Positions 13,688-26,856 of a DNA stretch of 64,000 nucleotides are shown one piece after another. The stretch comes from Octopus sinensis (taxonomy: Eukaryota), in NCBI RefSeq assembly GCF_006345805.1, contig NC_043005.1, positions 7,316,001-7,380,000 on the forward strand, read 5' to 3'. Made by a program: the position numbers and the translations under genes. Below the pieces are notes generated by a model. The model was not told the origin of the DNA and did not search any database. It saw only the letters and a list, made by a program, of their open reading frames with translations. The stretch's first letter is position 1, and the number at the start of each line of letters is the position of its first letter.

Positions 13688-15094
13688 CATCATCATCGTC
13701 ATTTAATGTCCACTTTCCATGCTGGCATGGGTTGGATGGTTTGACTGAGGGCTGGCAAGCCAGAAGGCTGCACCAGGCTCCAATCTGAACTGGCAAGGTT
13801 TCTACAGTTTGATGCCCTTCCTAATGTCAACCACTTCGAGAGTGTAGTGGATACTTTTTACATGCCACAGGCACAGGAGCCAGTCAGGTGGCACTGGCAA
13901 CAAAAAATGGTGTTTTTAACATACCACTGGCACAGGTGGTACTGTCATCGGCCATGACAACGATTTCACTTGCCTCAACAAGTCTTTGCAAGTGCAGTTT
14001 ATTGCCCCATGATTGAAGGGTGCTTTTAAATGGGCTGGTTATGCTGCACTAGCATAGGCCACGGTTACAGTCTCACTTGACTTGCCAGGTCTTCTCAAGC
14101 ACAGCATATCTCCAAAGGTCTTGGTCACTTGTCATTGCCTGAGTGAGGCCCAATGTTCGAAGGTCATGCTTCACCATCTCATCCTAGGTCTTCGTGGGCC
14201 TACCTCTTCTGCAGGTTCCCTCTACTGCTAGGATGTGACACTTTTTTATACAGCTGTCCTCATCCATTTGCAACACATGACCATACCAGCACAGTCATCT
14301 CTCTTGCACACCACATCTGATGCTTCTTAAGTCCAACTTTTCTCTCAGGGTGCTTACACTCTGTCATGTATGCACACTGACATTACACATCCAGCAGAGC
14401 ATACTGGCTTCATTCCTTGCAAGCTTATGCATGTCCTCGGCAGTCACAGCTCATGTTTCACTGCCATGTAGCATGGCTGTTCGCACACATGGTTATACAG
14501 TCAACCTTTTACTCTGAGTGAGAAGCCCTTTGTCACCAGCAGAGGTAGGAACTCTCTGAACTTTGCCCAGGCTGTTCTTATTCTAGCAGCTACACTTTCA
14601 GAGCATCCACTCCTGCTACTGACTTGGTCACCTAGGTAACAGAAGCTATCAACTACTTGTAGTTTTTCCCCCTGGAATGTGACGGAAGCTGTTTTCTGCA
14701 CATTTTCAGTGTTTATTGTTCCTGAGCATTTGCCACACACAAAAACTATGTTCCAGTCAGCTTTCCTTTGATATTGCTGCACCTCATATGTGTCCATAGC
14801 TTATACTGGGTAGATCTTATAGAGTTTCTACCTACGCCTTTTCTACAGATTGAGCAGGGCCATCAACTTGAAGGGATTTGTGGTTTGTCTGCCTTCCTAC
14901 TTATTAAGACTTGGTTTTTGCTAGGTTGACTCTAAGGACTTTTGATTCTAGACCTTTTTCCACACCTGAAACTTCTCTAGTTCTGATAGTGACTCAGCTA
15001 TTAGAGCAAGGTCATCAGCATAGAGAAGCTCCCAGGGCAACCTGTCTTGAATTCCCCTGTTATTGCCTGGAGGACTATGATGAATAAGAAGGGG
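13688..15094 (-). mobile_element. 5'-truncated RTE-clade LINE (RT C-terminus, 3'UTR, (GAT)n tail), degenerate
   Basis: Minus strand encodes PFLFIIVLQAIT...LLYADDLALIAES and VDSFCYLGD, with frameshifts. Its 3'UTR is the same sequence as the 3' end of the family-B retroposons. Confidence 0.9.
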
Positions 15095-16139
15095 AAAAAA
15101 ATTTTTTAAGTAACCTAAAGTAATCTTCCTTGTAGATCACACACCAAAGTAGTACCTTATCAAAACTAATATGCAGTCAAAGTTGAAAATTAAGTTTATG
15201 TAACATAATGAAAGTTAACAGACTGCAAAGACAATGATCCTTAGTCCAGAAAAATATAAATATGCCTTTCCTCTTATTGTCATTTTAAGACTTACTTCTA
15301 TTTTCAGTACGTCACAATTTCTATCTCTCTTTTTTATTCATAATAATTTTTGAGAATAAATCCATTTAATTTCTTACATAGAACATGCATGACATTCATA
15401 TTTATGCTTAATGAAAATCATCCATTATGCTACTGAAGAACCTAAATCTAGATTTGTTATAGCATATATATTGTATCTGATTTTTTGGATTTTATACCAT
15501 TGAGGCTAAAATTGCTTCTGAATGCTCTGCAGGTTGCAAGATTGTCATTTCTTGGACACCTCATATTAGCCAAGAGCCAGAATTTCCCTTTGAGATTCAA
15601 AGGAATCAGTTTTCCATTTGCCATTGTACAGTCAAAGATGAATATTAAAGTTGTGGTTTTAAAAGACAAGAAGTAGGTGATATATAGTGAAATATTGCAG
15701 TAATATGAACAATTATTTTGCTACCTTGCCGAGAGGGATAGTTTCCCTGATAAAGGGACAGATGCATCTGGTTCTCCTGGCTGGACTTTGGGTGTTTTAC
15801 AGTGAAGAGGATTCAGTAAGTAACTATAATGTAGTTAATGCCACTATGTGAAACATGATAACCATAAGCTGTATAAACCAAAGATTGCTGGCTCTTCTCC
15901 CACTGCCTGTCACACGCTCCCTAAGCAACTCAAACCCACATTTACAATAACAGCCATGACTCAATCTATTACAATTAGCAGCCAAATCACACCATCTTAC
16001 ATTGGGAAAGGAACACTGAACAAAGTTGCTATATATGTCATCATAATCCTCATCATCATTTAGCATCTGTCTTCTATGCTGGTATAACTGCAAACGGGTA
16101 AGCCAAGGAACTGCACCAGGTTTCAATCTGAGTACAACA

Positions 16140-16276
16140 GGGGTCACCACCGCCTCCTGCTAGAGCCTCGTGGAGCTTTTAGGTGTTTTCGCTCAATAAA
16201 CACACACAACGCCCTGTCTGGGAATCGAAACCGCGATCCTCCGGCTGCCCTAACCACTGGGCCATTGTGCCTCCAC
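16140..16276 (-). mobile_element. SINE family F, 5' fragment
   Basis: Matches about 40690-40837. Confidence 0.75.
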
Positions 16277-17214
16277 ATATATACCTTAAGCATAACTGTT
16301 ATTATAATGGTTATGTACATGAAGGATAAAATAAATATATAATGTTTTAGTAACTGTTCTAGCAAAATTCTTTCCTTTTTATAGTCATACTTGGTTTTAA
16401 TTTCATTACATTTCTTTCCAGTTCTTTCAACATTTTTTTTTTTTCTGGTAGAGTTAGTTTGAACTTGAAGTTAAGCAAAACTTAGAAAGGGAAACTAAAA
16501 AGATAAAAATTACAGTAGGTTAAAATTGATGGATAGAATAGAGCCGGAAAGGTTATGAGAAAGAATGAAAATGGGAAAGTGGCAAAAGAAATAACATTGA
16601 ACACATATGAAAAATGTTATGTAAAATAAAGATGGAAGAAGGATTTCTAGCAAGGCTGAAACTCTGTAATTTCAGGTAGAGACAAATTTAACTTAGACAT
16701 GAAAAATAAAACTGACAAAATTTTATTAGTGAAGCTCATGAATGCCTTTAAAAAAAAATTATTTCTCTACTTTAAATTTCTAGACTACATGAACAAACTT
16801 ATTCTGAATGTAAAGGGAGGTAACATTGTATCCATTCATATTTGTATTTCTGCTCTTTATTTTTACCTAATATAGTTTTGACAAAAGAAAGGCAAAGAAA
16901 AAAAAAGCAGAATAAAAGGAAAGGGGGAGGGAAAAAAGAGAGAAGAAAGAGAAAAAAGTCATCAATGCAGCACCAATGCTTCGATTGGTCACACACTACA
17001 AGGTTCAACGGAACCTACTGAAGCAAGCCAGCACACTCACAGCATTACCATGAGCGATGGCAAAGCTAAGGTGTTTGAAAAGCCAAATGCCCTCGTGGAC
17101 ATCACCTGACACTGCAGTGAGGCAAGCTAAGGCATCCATGAGCTTCACAGACAAAATATTTGTGTTAAGTTTTAAAATAACTTCATTTTATTATTTTTAA
17201 CTACACAAAAAACA

Positions 17215-17442
17215 CCAGCTTGGCCGTTGTCAGTACTGCCAGACTGGCCCCCCGTGCAGGTGGCACGTAAAAAGCAACCACTACACTCACGGAGTGGTTG
17301 GCGTTAGGAAGGGCATCCAGCTGTAGAAACTCTGCCAAATCAGATTGGAGCCTGGCGCAGCCATCTGATTCGCCAGTCCTCAATCAAATCGTCCAACCCA
17401 TGCTAGCATGGAAAGCGGACGTTAAACGATGATGATGATGAT
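17215..17442 (+). mobile_element. Family B retroposon, 5'-truncated
   Basis: RTE 3'UTR with (GAT)n tail. Confidence 0.85.
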
Positions 17443-17560
17443 ATTAAATAAGATCAGTTGAGAACTATGAGGTATATAGGTTCTGGTTCAGGAAGTAAAT
17501 CTCATCAATCCATTGAAATAAATAGATTTAGAATTAAATATTGTACCCACCACATAGAAA

Positions 17561-17948
17561 TCTTTATATATAAAAGTGCGGTTGTGTTCTGTCTGTCTCC
17601 TACGATTTAGATTCCTAACTACTCCCACATTTTGCGGTGCAGTTTAACCAAAACCGGGTATCTTATAGTAGTGATTCATATCGAGCCCTTCTGGGTATTA
17701 GCGTGAGTCTACGATTTTAAAAAAAATTTACCATCATTTTTTTCCATTTTAATGCATTTTTTCGCTATTATATAAGGGAAGTAACTCTCTAAAGATGTCT
17801 ACGATGAGTCAACGATTTAAAAAAAAATTTACCATAATTTTTTTCTATTTTTAATGCATTTTTTGCTATTTTTTGGCTATAACTCTCTAAAAATGCTTAT
17901 ATAGTTATTTCCCTTACAAACCCGAGCAACGCCGGGTGATACTGCTAG
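17561..17948 (+). mobile_element. Non-autonomous Helitron H1 (variant ii, internal tandem sub-repeat)
   Basis: 5' TC, hairpin CCCGAGCAACGCCGGG, 3' CTAG, inserted between A and T. Confidence 0.85.
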
Positions 17949-18145
17949 TATATTATAAAGTACTCTAAAAGTAGATTTTGAAGCATGTATTTTGTATTTA
18001 TTACCAGTAATTCATCATTTTATATGAAGTGAAGTAGTATTGATATTACTTGCCATTGAAGTGATATTGAGTGATACATATCACTTGAAAAAATGTTTAT
18101 ATATTTTTATCTTATTTAAACTACTAATTGCATTTTTATTTTCAG

Positions 18146-18308
18146 TGGGATACCCTTTAACTGTTGTTGGTGGCATTTTTGGTAAAAATTGGGCAAATGG
18201 TTTTGATGCTCCTTGTCGAACAAAAAATATTGCTCGTGAAATTCCCTCTGCTCCATGGTATAGGTCTGCGTTTGCTCATTGCCTTGTAGGAGGATTTTTA
18301 CCATTCAG
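18146..18308 (+). CDS. TM9SF1: TM9SF1 exon ([53 protein letters not shown])
   Basis: AG/GT bounded, 163 nt. Contains PCRTKxIxREIP and GGFLPF motifs. Confidence 0.96.
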
Positions 18309-18468
18309 GTAATATTTTTAGATATATTTTACTTCAATGAATCTGCAAAATCCATAGGCACCACTCCTTTCTCTTTTTGACTAAACCATTGAAAGAATTC
18401 AGAACCAACATATATATATATACATTATATATATATATATATTCAGAACCAACATATATATATATATA

Positions 18469-18680
18469 CTCTTTTACTTGTTTCAGCATTTGACTGTGGC
18501 CATGCTGGAGCACCGCCTTTAATCGAGCAACTCGATCCCGGAACTTATTCTTTTGTAAGCCCAGTACTTATTCTATCGGTTTCCTTCGCCGAACCGCCAA
18601 GTAACGGGGACATAAACACACCAGCATCGGTTGTCAAGCAATGCTAGGGGGACAAACACAGAAACACAAACACACACACG

Positions 18681-18714
<34 letters not shown>

Positions 18715-18877
18715 CGACGGGCTTCTTTCAGTCTCCGTCTACCAAATCCACTCACAAGGCTTTGGTCGGCTCGAGGCTATAGTAGAAGACACTTGCCCAA
18801 GGTGCCACGCAGTGGGACTGAACCCGGAACCATGTGGTTGGTAGACTAGCTACTTACCACACAGCCACTCCTGCGCC
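18469..18877 (-). mobile_element. SINE family A
   Basis: Reverse complement of the family consensus. Confidence 0.9.
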
Positions 18878-19292
18878 TATATATATATATAATACATAAA
18901 GAACAGGACATCGCCAATGAATGAAAAATAGGTAAACACATAATGAGAGACAGGTATGGAACCTCATGTTCACAGCTCAGTAATGGGTTTCAAAATATTG
19001 TGACTTATATTTGTGGTGGATAAAACATTACTGTATAATTCACAAAAGTTCCCAAACAACTTTTCTGACTGTTTTATGAAGACACATAAATACCAAAGAG
19101 TTTTTATTTGTTATTTATCATAAATAAAGTCACACACACACATCAGCAGCAGCAGCTGCCCAAAAATGCCTTCAAGGTGCTACCTCCAATGCAATATAAT
19201 TTTGTCACTAAAATGATACACAATGCCATCCCCCCCCCCAAAGACTATCTTGGGGATAAATATGGATAGTCCCCTTGTCATTGTATGCATCT

Positions 19293-19800
19293 TCATCATT
19301 GTTCGACCGTGGTCGAGACAATGGAATTTACCATGCTACGCCAGACTTCACGGTCCATCATGGCATTACGGAGGTCCTGTTGCTGGATGCCTGTATCCCT
19401 GGAGATTACATCAGGGTAGGAGAGTGTGCACCCTCTGGTATTGCGAGTAGATGGCTTCCAGAGGAGAAGAGTAGAAATTACCTCTTTTTCAGCTCTACAA
19501 CAATGTCCAGCAAACTGGACTCTCTTACCTTTCACAAGAGATGACACAGGTGGTAGTTTCCCATATATTTGCATTTTGGTTGGATGGCGCTTCCATGAGA
19601 GATTTTGAGCTCTCATAAGGAGGCGAGTGTAGGTTCCATCCAACTGCCTCTCAAGCATACATAAAGGAATATTAATGGAACATTCCTGTCAAAACTTCTA
19701 CCAAATACAACTACAGTAGGTTGTATAGAATTTTGGGGGATAGACAAGATAAAGTTTGTGCCATCCTCGAGATCAGGTGCCCTGCTGATGTTAATGTCTC
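19293..19800 (-). mobile_element. RTE/RTEX-like LINE 3' fragment
   Basis: ORF LERQLDGTYTRLL...VQFAGHCCR...MMDREVWR...TVEQ* followed by (TGA)n. Second copy at 51817-52083. Confidence 0.8.
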
Positions 19801-19963
19801 TTTGAAAATCTAAGAGATAGAGGATAACTATGGACAACTGCTTCAAACCTTTCAGATAATAAATTCACATTTATACCAGTAATAATTCATGCATTTGGTT
19901 TTCTGAGTGATTGTCTAAATGACTTTCTGGAGACCTAGGATTTTCAGAAAAAGAATTCAACCA

Positions 19964-20136
19964 GCAGGAGTAGCTCTGTGGTAAGTAGCTTGTTTACCAA
20001 CCACATGGTTCCGGGGTTCAGTCCCACTGCATGGCACCTTAGGCAAGTGTCTTCTACTATAGCCTCGAGCCGACCAAAGCCTTGTGAGTGGATTTGGTAG
20101 ACGGAAACTGAAAGAAGCCCGTCGTATATATGTATG

Positions 20137-20175
<39 letters not shown>

Positions 20176-20184
20176 TATATATAT

Positions 20185-20217
<33 letters not shown>

Positions 20218-20425
20218 CTGTGTTTGTCCCCCTAGCATTGCTTGACAACCTATGCTCAAGTGTTTACATCCCCGTCACTTAGCGGTTCGGCCAAAGAGAC
20301 CGATAGAATAAGTACTGGGCTTACAAAGAATAAGTCCCGGGATCGATTTGCTCAACTAAAGGTGGTGCTCCAGCATGGCCGCAGTCAAATGACTGAAACA
20401 AGTAAAAGAGTAAAAGAGTAAAAGA
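19964..20425 (+). mobile_element. SINE family A with 17-bp TSD
   Basis: TSD AAAAGAATTCAACCAGC at about 19949-19965 and 20420-20436. Confidence 0.9.
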
Positions 20426-20911
20426 ATTCAACCAGCTGACATGCACATTACAAAAACAATCTGTCATCAATAGAATAGTAAAAGTGTAACATTGTTTGTT
20501 ATCTACATTTCAATGATGGAGCTTTGTGTCTTTGTTAGAACCCAGTTCCTTCCTTTCAGAAACATTTCAAATAGTTAAAAACAGAAGAGTGCTCATGCAT
20601 ACAGTTTGTATGAGGACTCTGTATGAAGAAATGTATGTTAACATAATGCTGTTGGCAAAACATTGATTTTAATTTTATAAATGCATTTTTCCTGCCACTC
20701 CTATTCATATTGAATTCCACTCCAATTTCTACCCGTTTTTATGTTTAAATTTCAAGTACTAAAACCAGTGCTTGTGTAATCCAAGATTATTTTCAGTTTC
20801 CAGTAATGTTAGTTACATTTATAGTAAGTTGTTGCATGATGCAGTTTGGTGTATGGAGTAACCAACGGCACAAAGTGGTAAATATAGAATGAATTAAAGC
20901 AAATATGAAAA

Positions 20912-20964
<53 letters not shown>

Positions 20965-20967
<3 letters not shown>

Positions 20968-21333
20968 CAAGCAAAACGCCCCCCCCCACCGTCCAATGGA
21001 TGCTGCTGAGTTGTCAAACATTTAAACCAAATTTTCTCAAAACAACTTGTCCGACCATCCCATAGTCCTCTCCTTGAGAAACACTGATTTAACCTAAATT
21101 TGAGACACCAGCAAAAGACAGATTTCGACTGATGTACTTGCGCATACAAATGCACGTTCCCACGGCTTTGGCGATCGCATTCTCACCTGGAATCGATTTT
21201 TGTAATTTTTTCAAGACTTATACACACCCTGATACTGTTGGTATCTACATATCAAATTTGAGTGCAATTGGATGGAGGTTGGCCAAGATCCTAGAAGACA
21301 TACACACACACAGAATGGATTTTATATAATAGA
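20965..21333 (-). mobile_element. Second Helitron-like element, 5' portion
   Basis: Minus strand begins A|TCTATTATATAAAATCC followed by (TG)n, like Helitron 5' ends. No 3' CTAG or hairpin seen; the element runs into a (TA)n tract. Confidence 0.5.
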
Positions 21334-21626
21334 TATTTTTTTAAATGGGTACAGATTTTATTGCTGACTAGTATAATTTCTGCACTTGATATTCACATCA
21401 ACCAAGCAAAGGAATAAATATATTGATAGCTTCTATTGCAATGCCTTCTAAACACAATGCAAGCCTCCATTTTATGAAAATAAACCTCCTTTTATGGAAA
21501 TATGTACTCGATGGCATTAGTAAAACTTAAAAACCAAACCCTGGTGGTAATTATTAGCAATTCTTAAATAGTAAGGCAGATAGTTTCATGAAATTTATGT
21601 ATCAACCAAAAAGATTTTACATATAA

Positions 21627-22029
21627 GCACAGGAGTGGCTGTGTGGTAAGTAGCTTGCTAACCAACCACATGGTTCCGGGTTCAGTCCCACTGCGTGGCA
21701 TCTTGGGCAAGTGTCTTTTGCTATAGCCCCGGGTCGACCAATGCCTTGTGAGTGGATTTGGTAGACGGAAACTGAAAGAAGCCCGTCGTATATATGTATG
21801 TGCGTGTATGTTTGTGTGTCTGTGTTTGCCCCCCTAGCATTGCTTGACAACTGATGCTGGTATGTTTACGTCCCCGTCACTTAGCGGTTCGGCAAAAGAG
21901 ACCGATAGAATAAGTACTGGGCTTACAAAGAATAAGTCCCGGGGTCGATTTGCTCGACTAAAGGCGGTGCTCCAGCATGGCAGCAGTCAAATGACTGAAA
22001 CAAGTAAAAGAGTATAAAAGAGTAAAGAG
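21627..22029 (+). mobile_element. SINE family A
   Basis: Full head, body and tail. Confidence 0.9.
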
Positions 22030-22538
22030 TATATAGATCAAAGTTACATTTAATCAAAGCCGGCTTGAACCGATTGTTTATGCCAATGCATCTGATAACT
22101 CTGAAAGATTATCCAAGTGTCTCCTTTGCCTGCTAAGATCAGATTTTCTTCCTAAGCTTATTCAATTCTTAATTCCTTCAAGTTACCAATTATTACCACT
22201 ATTCTTTTGTTTACTGTCACTAATTAGAGGGAAATATCAATTGAGATTGTTTTGCATATATCATTCAGCTTGTGACTCCTTATTTATCAAAATTCATGCC
22301 ATTGACCTACTTGAGTTATTTCCCCTTATTCATTTTACTTTCCATTGTATAACTGCTCTTACCTATTCTGTGTCATCAGGACAATATACATCAAAGTATA
22401 GTGTAAGTAAATTTGAGTAATATGTAAATACTGTTTAAACACAAAACAATTACATGTATGTCTATATAAAAATTTATTGTATTATAGTTATTATAAATGT
22501 ATCATTTATGAACAAAAGGAATTATGTTTTCTTTGCAG

Positions 22539-22730
22539 TGCTATTTCTGTTGAGTTGTATTATATATTTGCCACACTTTGGGGACGTGAACAATACACAC
22601 TCTACGGTATCTTATTTGTTGTTTATGGAATTTTGCTCAGCGTGACAGCTTGCATCTCTGTAGCTCTTACCTACTTCCAATTATCTGCTGAAGACTACAG
22701 ATGGTGGTGGAGATCAATTTTTAGTGCAGG
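22539..22730 (+). CDS. TM9SF1: TM9SF1 exon ([26 protein letters not shown]...[20 protein letters not shown])
   Basis: AG/GT bounded, 192 nt. Contains the nonaspanin EDYRWWWRS motif. Confidence 0.97.
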
Positions 22731-23512
22731 GTAAGTTTTACTTCATGCTTGAAACACCTCTTTGAAGGTTTATAAATTGATTTGTATTTCAATTTTTGGG
22801 AAGTGAACTCAAAAAAAATTGCTTAGGATTTTCAAATAGTCTGATCTGGAACTGTCAACATTTTCATTTAACATTCTGTATTAGAAGCCAACAAAGATCT
22901 ACATGGTAGCTTGATTTGCTAGAAATACTAACCATACTGTCTCAAAAAGAAAGTCAATATAGTCCTCAATATACAAAATAGTCACATTTGAAATTCCTTT
23001 TATTATAGATCTGTTGAATCAAGGCTGACATAGAGCTAGACAATTAGAGAAAAGGTTTTATTCATGTTTATTTAAACTGTATCAGCATTTAAAACAATCT
23101 GACAATGATGATAAGTTATTACTTAAGCTTACATTATAAAATACCATTTGAAATCTTAAAAATCCTCAAATTTTCAGAACAAAGGTCGCATTTCTGTCAA
23201 CAGTAATTACATTGAGAATTAGACAAGGAGTGATTAACAACCAATAACATATACATACCAAGTCTCTTTTAACAAATTAACTTCAAATGGGAACGATATT
23301 TTTAAGTTTTAAATATGTACATGGCAAAATAGCTGATAAATCAATTTCTTCTATTGACCTAAACTATGCCAGGAATCAGGTCTACCATAAATTGGATAAG
23401 ATATGGTAAATATACCCCTACCATGCCATACACAAAACAACCCTGAAATTAAGTGTTTATTTGATTTCTTTGACATAGTTCTGCTTGAGAATTGCTGTGT
23501 TTGGCTACTTAA

Positions 23513-23733
23513 CCCTTTAGCATTTAAACCAGCCGTATCCGGCCAAAAGTATTCTGCCTGTTTTATGCTCAAACTGGCCAGATCTGGTCTCTCACACCAA
23601 CCCTACAATATTGTTTTAAAAATTAACAGTTACCTCATCAAAATCTCATAGCTACCAGATAATGCATGATTAGTTCAAAACAATGTGGATGAAGAAGCAT
23701 TAATTTTGGCAGAATAATGCAAACACTAAAGGG
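23513..23733. mobile_element. piggyBac-type MITE (221 bp)
   Basis: TTAA|CCCTTTAG ... CTAAAGGG|TTAA. Body is the reverse complement of 11061-11281. Confidence 0.85.
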
Positions 23734-23931
23734 TTAATTACCAAAATATAAGCATTAATGAAAGTTCTCTAAATTGTTTCCAGTTATTATGAATCTAGTC
23801 CTACCAATTATTAGCTACTATTCTAACACTAATTATTTCATGTAAAGAGTAGACGCTATCAGCTAGTATATTTTATATTATCTACAACATGTATATTTCT
23901 CTTAATGAATAATGAATTGTTTTCTTTTCAG

Positions 23932-24133
23932 GTCCACAGGATGCTTCGTATTTCTTTATGCACTTTTCTACTACTTCAAAAGATCAAATATGTCGGGACT
24001 TCTCCAAACACTGGAATTCTTCGGTTACACTACTCTGTCATGTTATGTCTTTTTCCTAATGCTTGGAACTGTCTCATTTTTTGCATCTCTGAAGTTTGTA
24101 CGTTACATTTATGTCAACTTAAAAATGGACTAA
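23932..24133 (+). CDS. TM9SF1: TM9SF1 terminal coding exon ([32 protein letters not shown]...[11 protein letters not shown])
   Basis: ttttcag| acceptor, TAA stop at 24131-24133. C-terminal KMD is the KxD/E Golgi-retention motif typical of TM9SF1. Confidence 0.97.
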
Positions 24134-25410
24134 TTCAGTTTCATTTAATCTTGTTTTTATTTATCATTATCAATTTTAATGATTTTTTTTTTTTCCATAT
24201 ATCTTGGGAAACAGTAAAAAGTTAACACTATTATAAGGGGTCTTTTTTTTAATTTCAATTGCAGTTATTATTTTTACTCTTGAAGTAGAAAAATATCCAT
24301 ATTTAATATTTTTCAAAAGAATTTTCAATAATTGTAAATGATCGTGGCAAAATATTTTTTAAAAATATGTATAAATAATATTTGGTTATGAAAGAGCAGC
24401 ATTTTAGTATGTAATAGCATGCATATTCAAGACCCAAGAAGATCATTTCATTCAAAATCATCTTTTATTAGAACTTAAGCATTGACTGTTTTTGTTGTTT
24501 GTTTTTTTTGTTTTTTGTTTGTTTGTTTTTTCTGGTGCACTCAGAAGATTAAGTGCTGAGAAAGGTACTTTTTTATGGGGTTTTATAAAATTCACAGTTG
24601 TAGAAGGTTGATGAGAGATTTGATCTGAGAACCTGCTGAAATGGAAACAATTACTTTGTAACAAAGAATCAACGATTCTTTAAAACATACATATACATTT
24701 ATATTCACTTTGTTTTTGTATATAATAGTATTATATATAATATGATTGTATATTATTATAATATATATTATTAGCCATCAAATTCTTTCATTGTACTGTG
24801 TACAGCCTGGTCACTGATTACTCAATTAAGGGCCAATGTCAGTGAGTAGGTATAGCAAAATACTTCCATACTTAACTATATATAATATTACAAAATGCAA
24901 TAAAAATGAATGTATTGATGTATGTATGCTTTACTTACTTTCATTGCTGAAGTTTCACCATTTCACAGCACATCAAGACATTACCTTACAAACCATGAAA
25001 CGGTGGCGCTTGAGAAGTGATACTGTTATGTTCAGCTGTTAATAAACATACATTACATTGTACTCTGCAAACAAATATTTGAGTCTTCTTTTGTTTTATG
25101 ATTGCTTTAAATTCATGTGTATATATGTTTTTGTTTGTGTGTACACACATATGTATATGAGAAATTTTATATACCAAGTAAGTTACGCGTTTTAAATGTA
25201 TCTAGAGAGAAACCAATTCTTTTGTGTGTGACTTTAGCATAATGAATCAATATGTTTTAACTCTCTAATCCTAAAGTTTGTCCAAATACACAGTAAAAGA
25301 TTGGTGTGGCGTATTCTATTTGTTTAGGGTACTTATATACCATTTCATATTTTTACTTATATTTTTGGTGTGGCTGGGGCTCAGTATTCATATTTCAGCA
25401 ATCATATCTG

Positions 25411-25888
25411 CTTCTTTATTGCCCACAAGGGGCTAAACTCTGTCATGTTATGTCTTTTTCCTAATGCTTGGAACTGTCTCATTTTTTGCATCTCTGAAGT
25501 TTGTACGTTACATTTATGTCAACTTAAAAATGGACTAATTCAGTTTCATTTAATCTTGTTTTTATTTATCATTATCAATTTTAATGATTTTTTTTTTTTC
25601 CATATATCTTGGGAAACAGTAAAAAGTTAACACTATTATAAGGGATCTTTTTTTTTATTTCAATTGCAATTATTTTTACGCCTGAAGTAGAAAAAATATA
25701 ACAAAGACAGACAAACGGATTAAGTCAATTACATCGACCTCAGTGTGTAACTGGTACTTAATTTATCGACCCCGAAAGGATGAAAGGCAAAGTCGACCTC
25801 GGCGGAATTTGAACTCAGAATGCAACGACAGACGCAATACCACTAAGCATTTCGCCCGGTGTGCTAACGCTTCTGCCAGCTTGCCGCC
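25411..25888 (-). mobile_element. tRNA-derived SINE family C, interrupted by a TM9SF1-derived insert
   Basis: Head GGCGGCAAGCTGGCAGAAGCGTTAG, B-box GAGTTCAAATTCC, central GAGGTCGACTTTGCCTTTCATCCTTTCGGGGTCGATAAA (resembles the MetaSINE/Sauria-type domain; inference). Confidence 0.88.
25439..25699 (+). pseudogene. Duplicated fragment of the TM9SF1 last exon and 3'UTR (source about 24034-24296)
   Basis: Coding part ([11 protein letters not shown]...LKMD*) is identical to the source; no splice acceptor or upstream frame. Confidence 0.92.
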
Positions 25889-26627
25889 TTCAGCAATCTT
25901 CTTACAGCCTTGGAAAATATATAACTATCATAACTTAACATTTTCCTTTCATACTTCTATCATGAATCATATATTGTTTTATATACAGTTGTTGAAACTA
26001 ATAATATTGTCAACCCTTTTGTTATAAACTCTCCTGCGACTGCCTTTAGTCCTCTGATACAAACTCTTGCTTTACAGTGGCCTACGTTAAAAACCTGTTA
26101 AAGTTTCATGTTAATTTATATTCGAAACACCAGCTTAATAATGATAAAAGTTGTTTTTCTCAGTTCTTTATCATTTTCAAAATTAATTTAAACAAAAAGT
26201 TCCGAGACCCCCTTCGGTTACGACACTGATTGCACCTAGAAAGTTACCCTCCCAGGCACAAGTCTGGGCAAGGTTGTTAATGGAAGACCAGCAGTCGCCC
26301 ATGCATACCGGCCTCCCCTCTCCATGCCACGAGTGTTATCCAAGGGAAAGGCATTTATTTGCCTATTAAAAAAAAAAATAGTGAAATAATAACAAATATA
26401 ATTCATGCTAACCTGCTGATGATATGGAAAGGTTTCCATCATTGCAATGGATTCAGAAAAGCTCGCAATAGCTCTGAACTCCTGCAGTTTCTTCATGGGG
26501 CAAAGCATATCTGGTGTTTAATTTACATGCTAACATAGAATAAACAAACATTGTAATCCAGTGTTACTTGAGTCTACTAAAGATGCCAATATTTGTTGCT
26601 ATTGATACAAACGAGATGATTGCTGAA

Positions 26628-26856
26628 GGCGGCGAACTGGCAGAAACGTTAGCACACCGGGCGAAATGCTTAGCGGTATTGCGTCTGTCGTTGCGTTCTG
26701 AGTTCAAATTCCACCGAGGTCGACTTTGCCTTTCATCCTTTCAGGGTCGATAAATTAAGTACCAGTTACGCACTGGGGTCGATGTAATCGACTTAATCCG
26801 TTTGTCTGTCCTTGTTTGTCCCCTCTATGTTTAGCCCCTTGTGGGCAATAAAGAAA
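26628..26856 (+). mobile_element. SINE family C, full length with 12-bp TSD
   Basis: TSD ATGATTGCTGAA at 26616-26627 and 26862-26873. Confidence 0.9.

Noticed and set aside
26410-26445. CTGATGA followed by GAAA
   Set aside because: Only 4 nt separate the core from GAAA, so there is no helix II, and no helix I/III closure.
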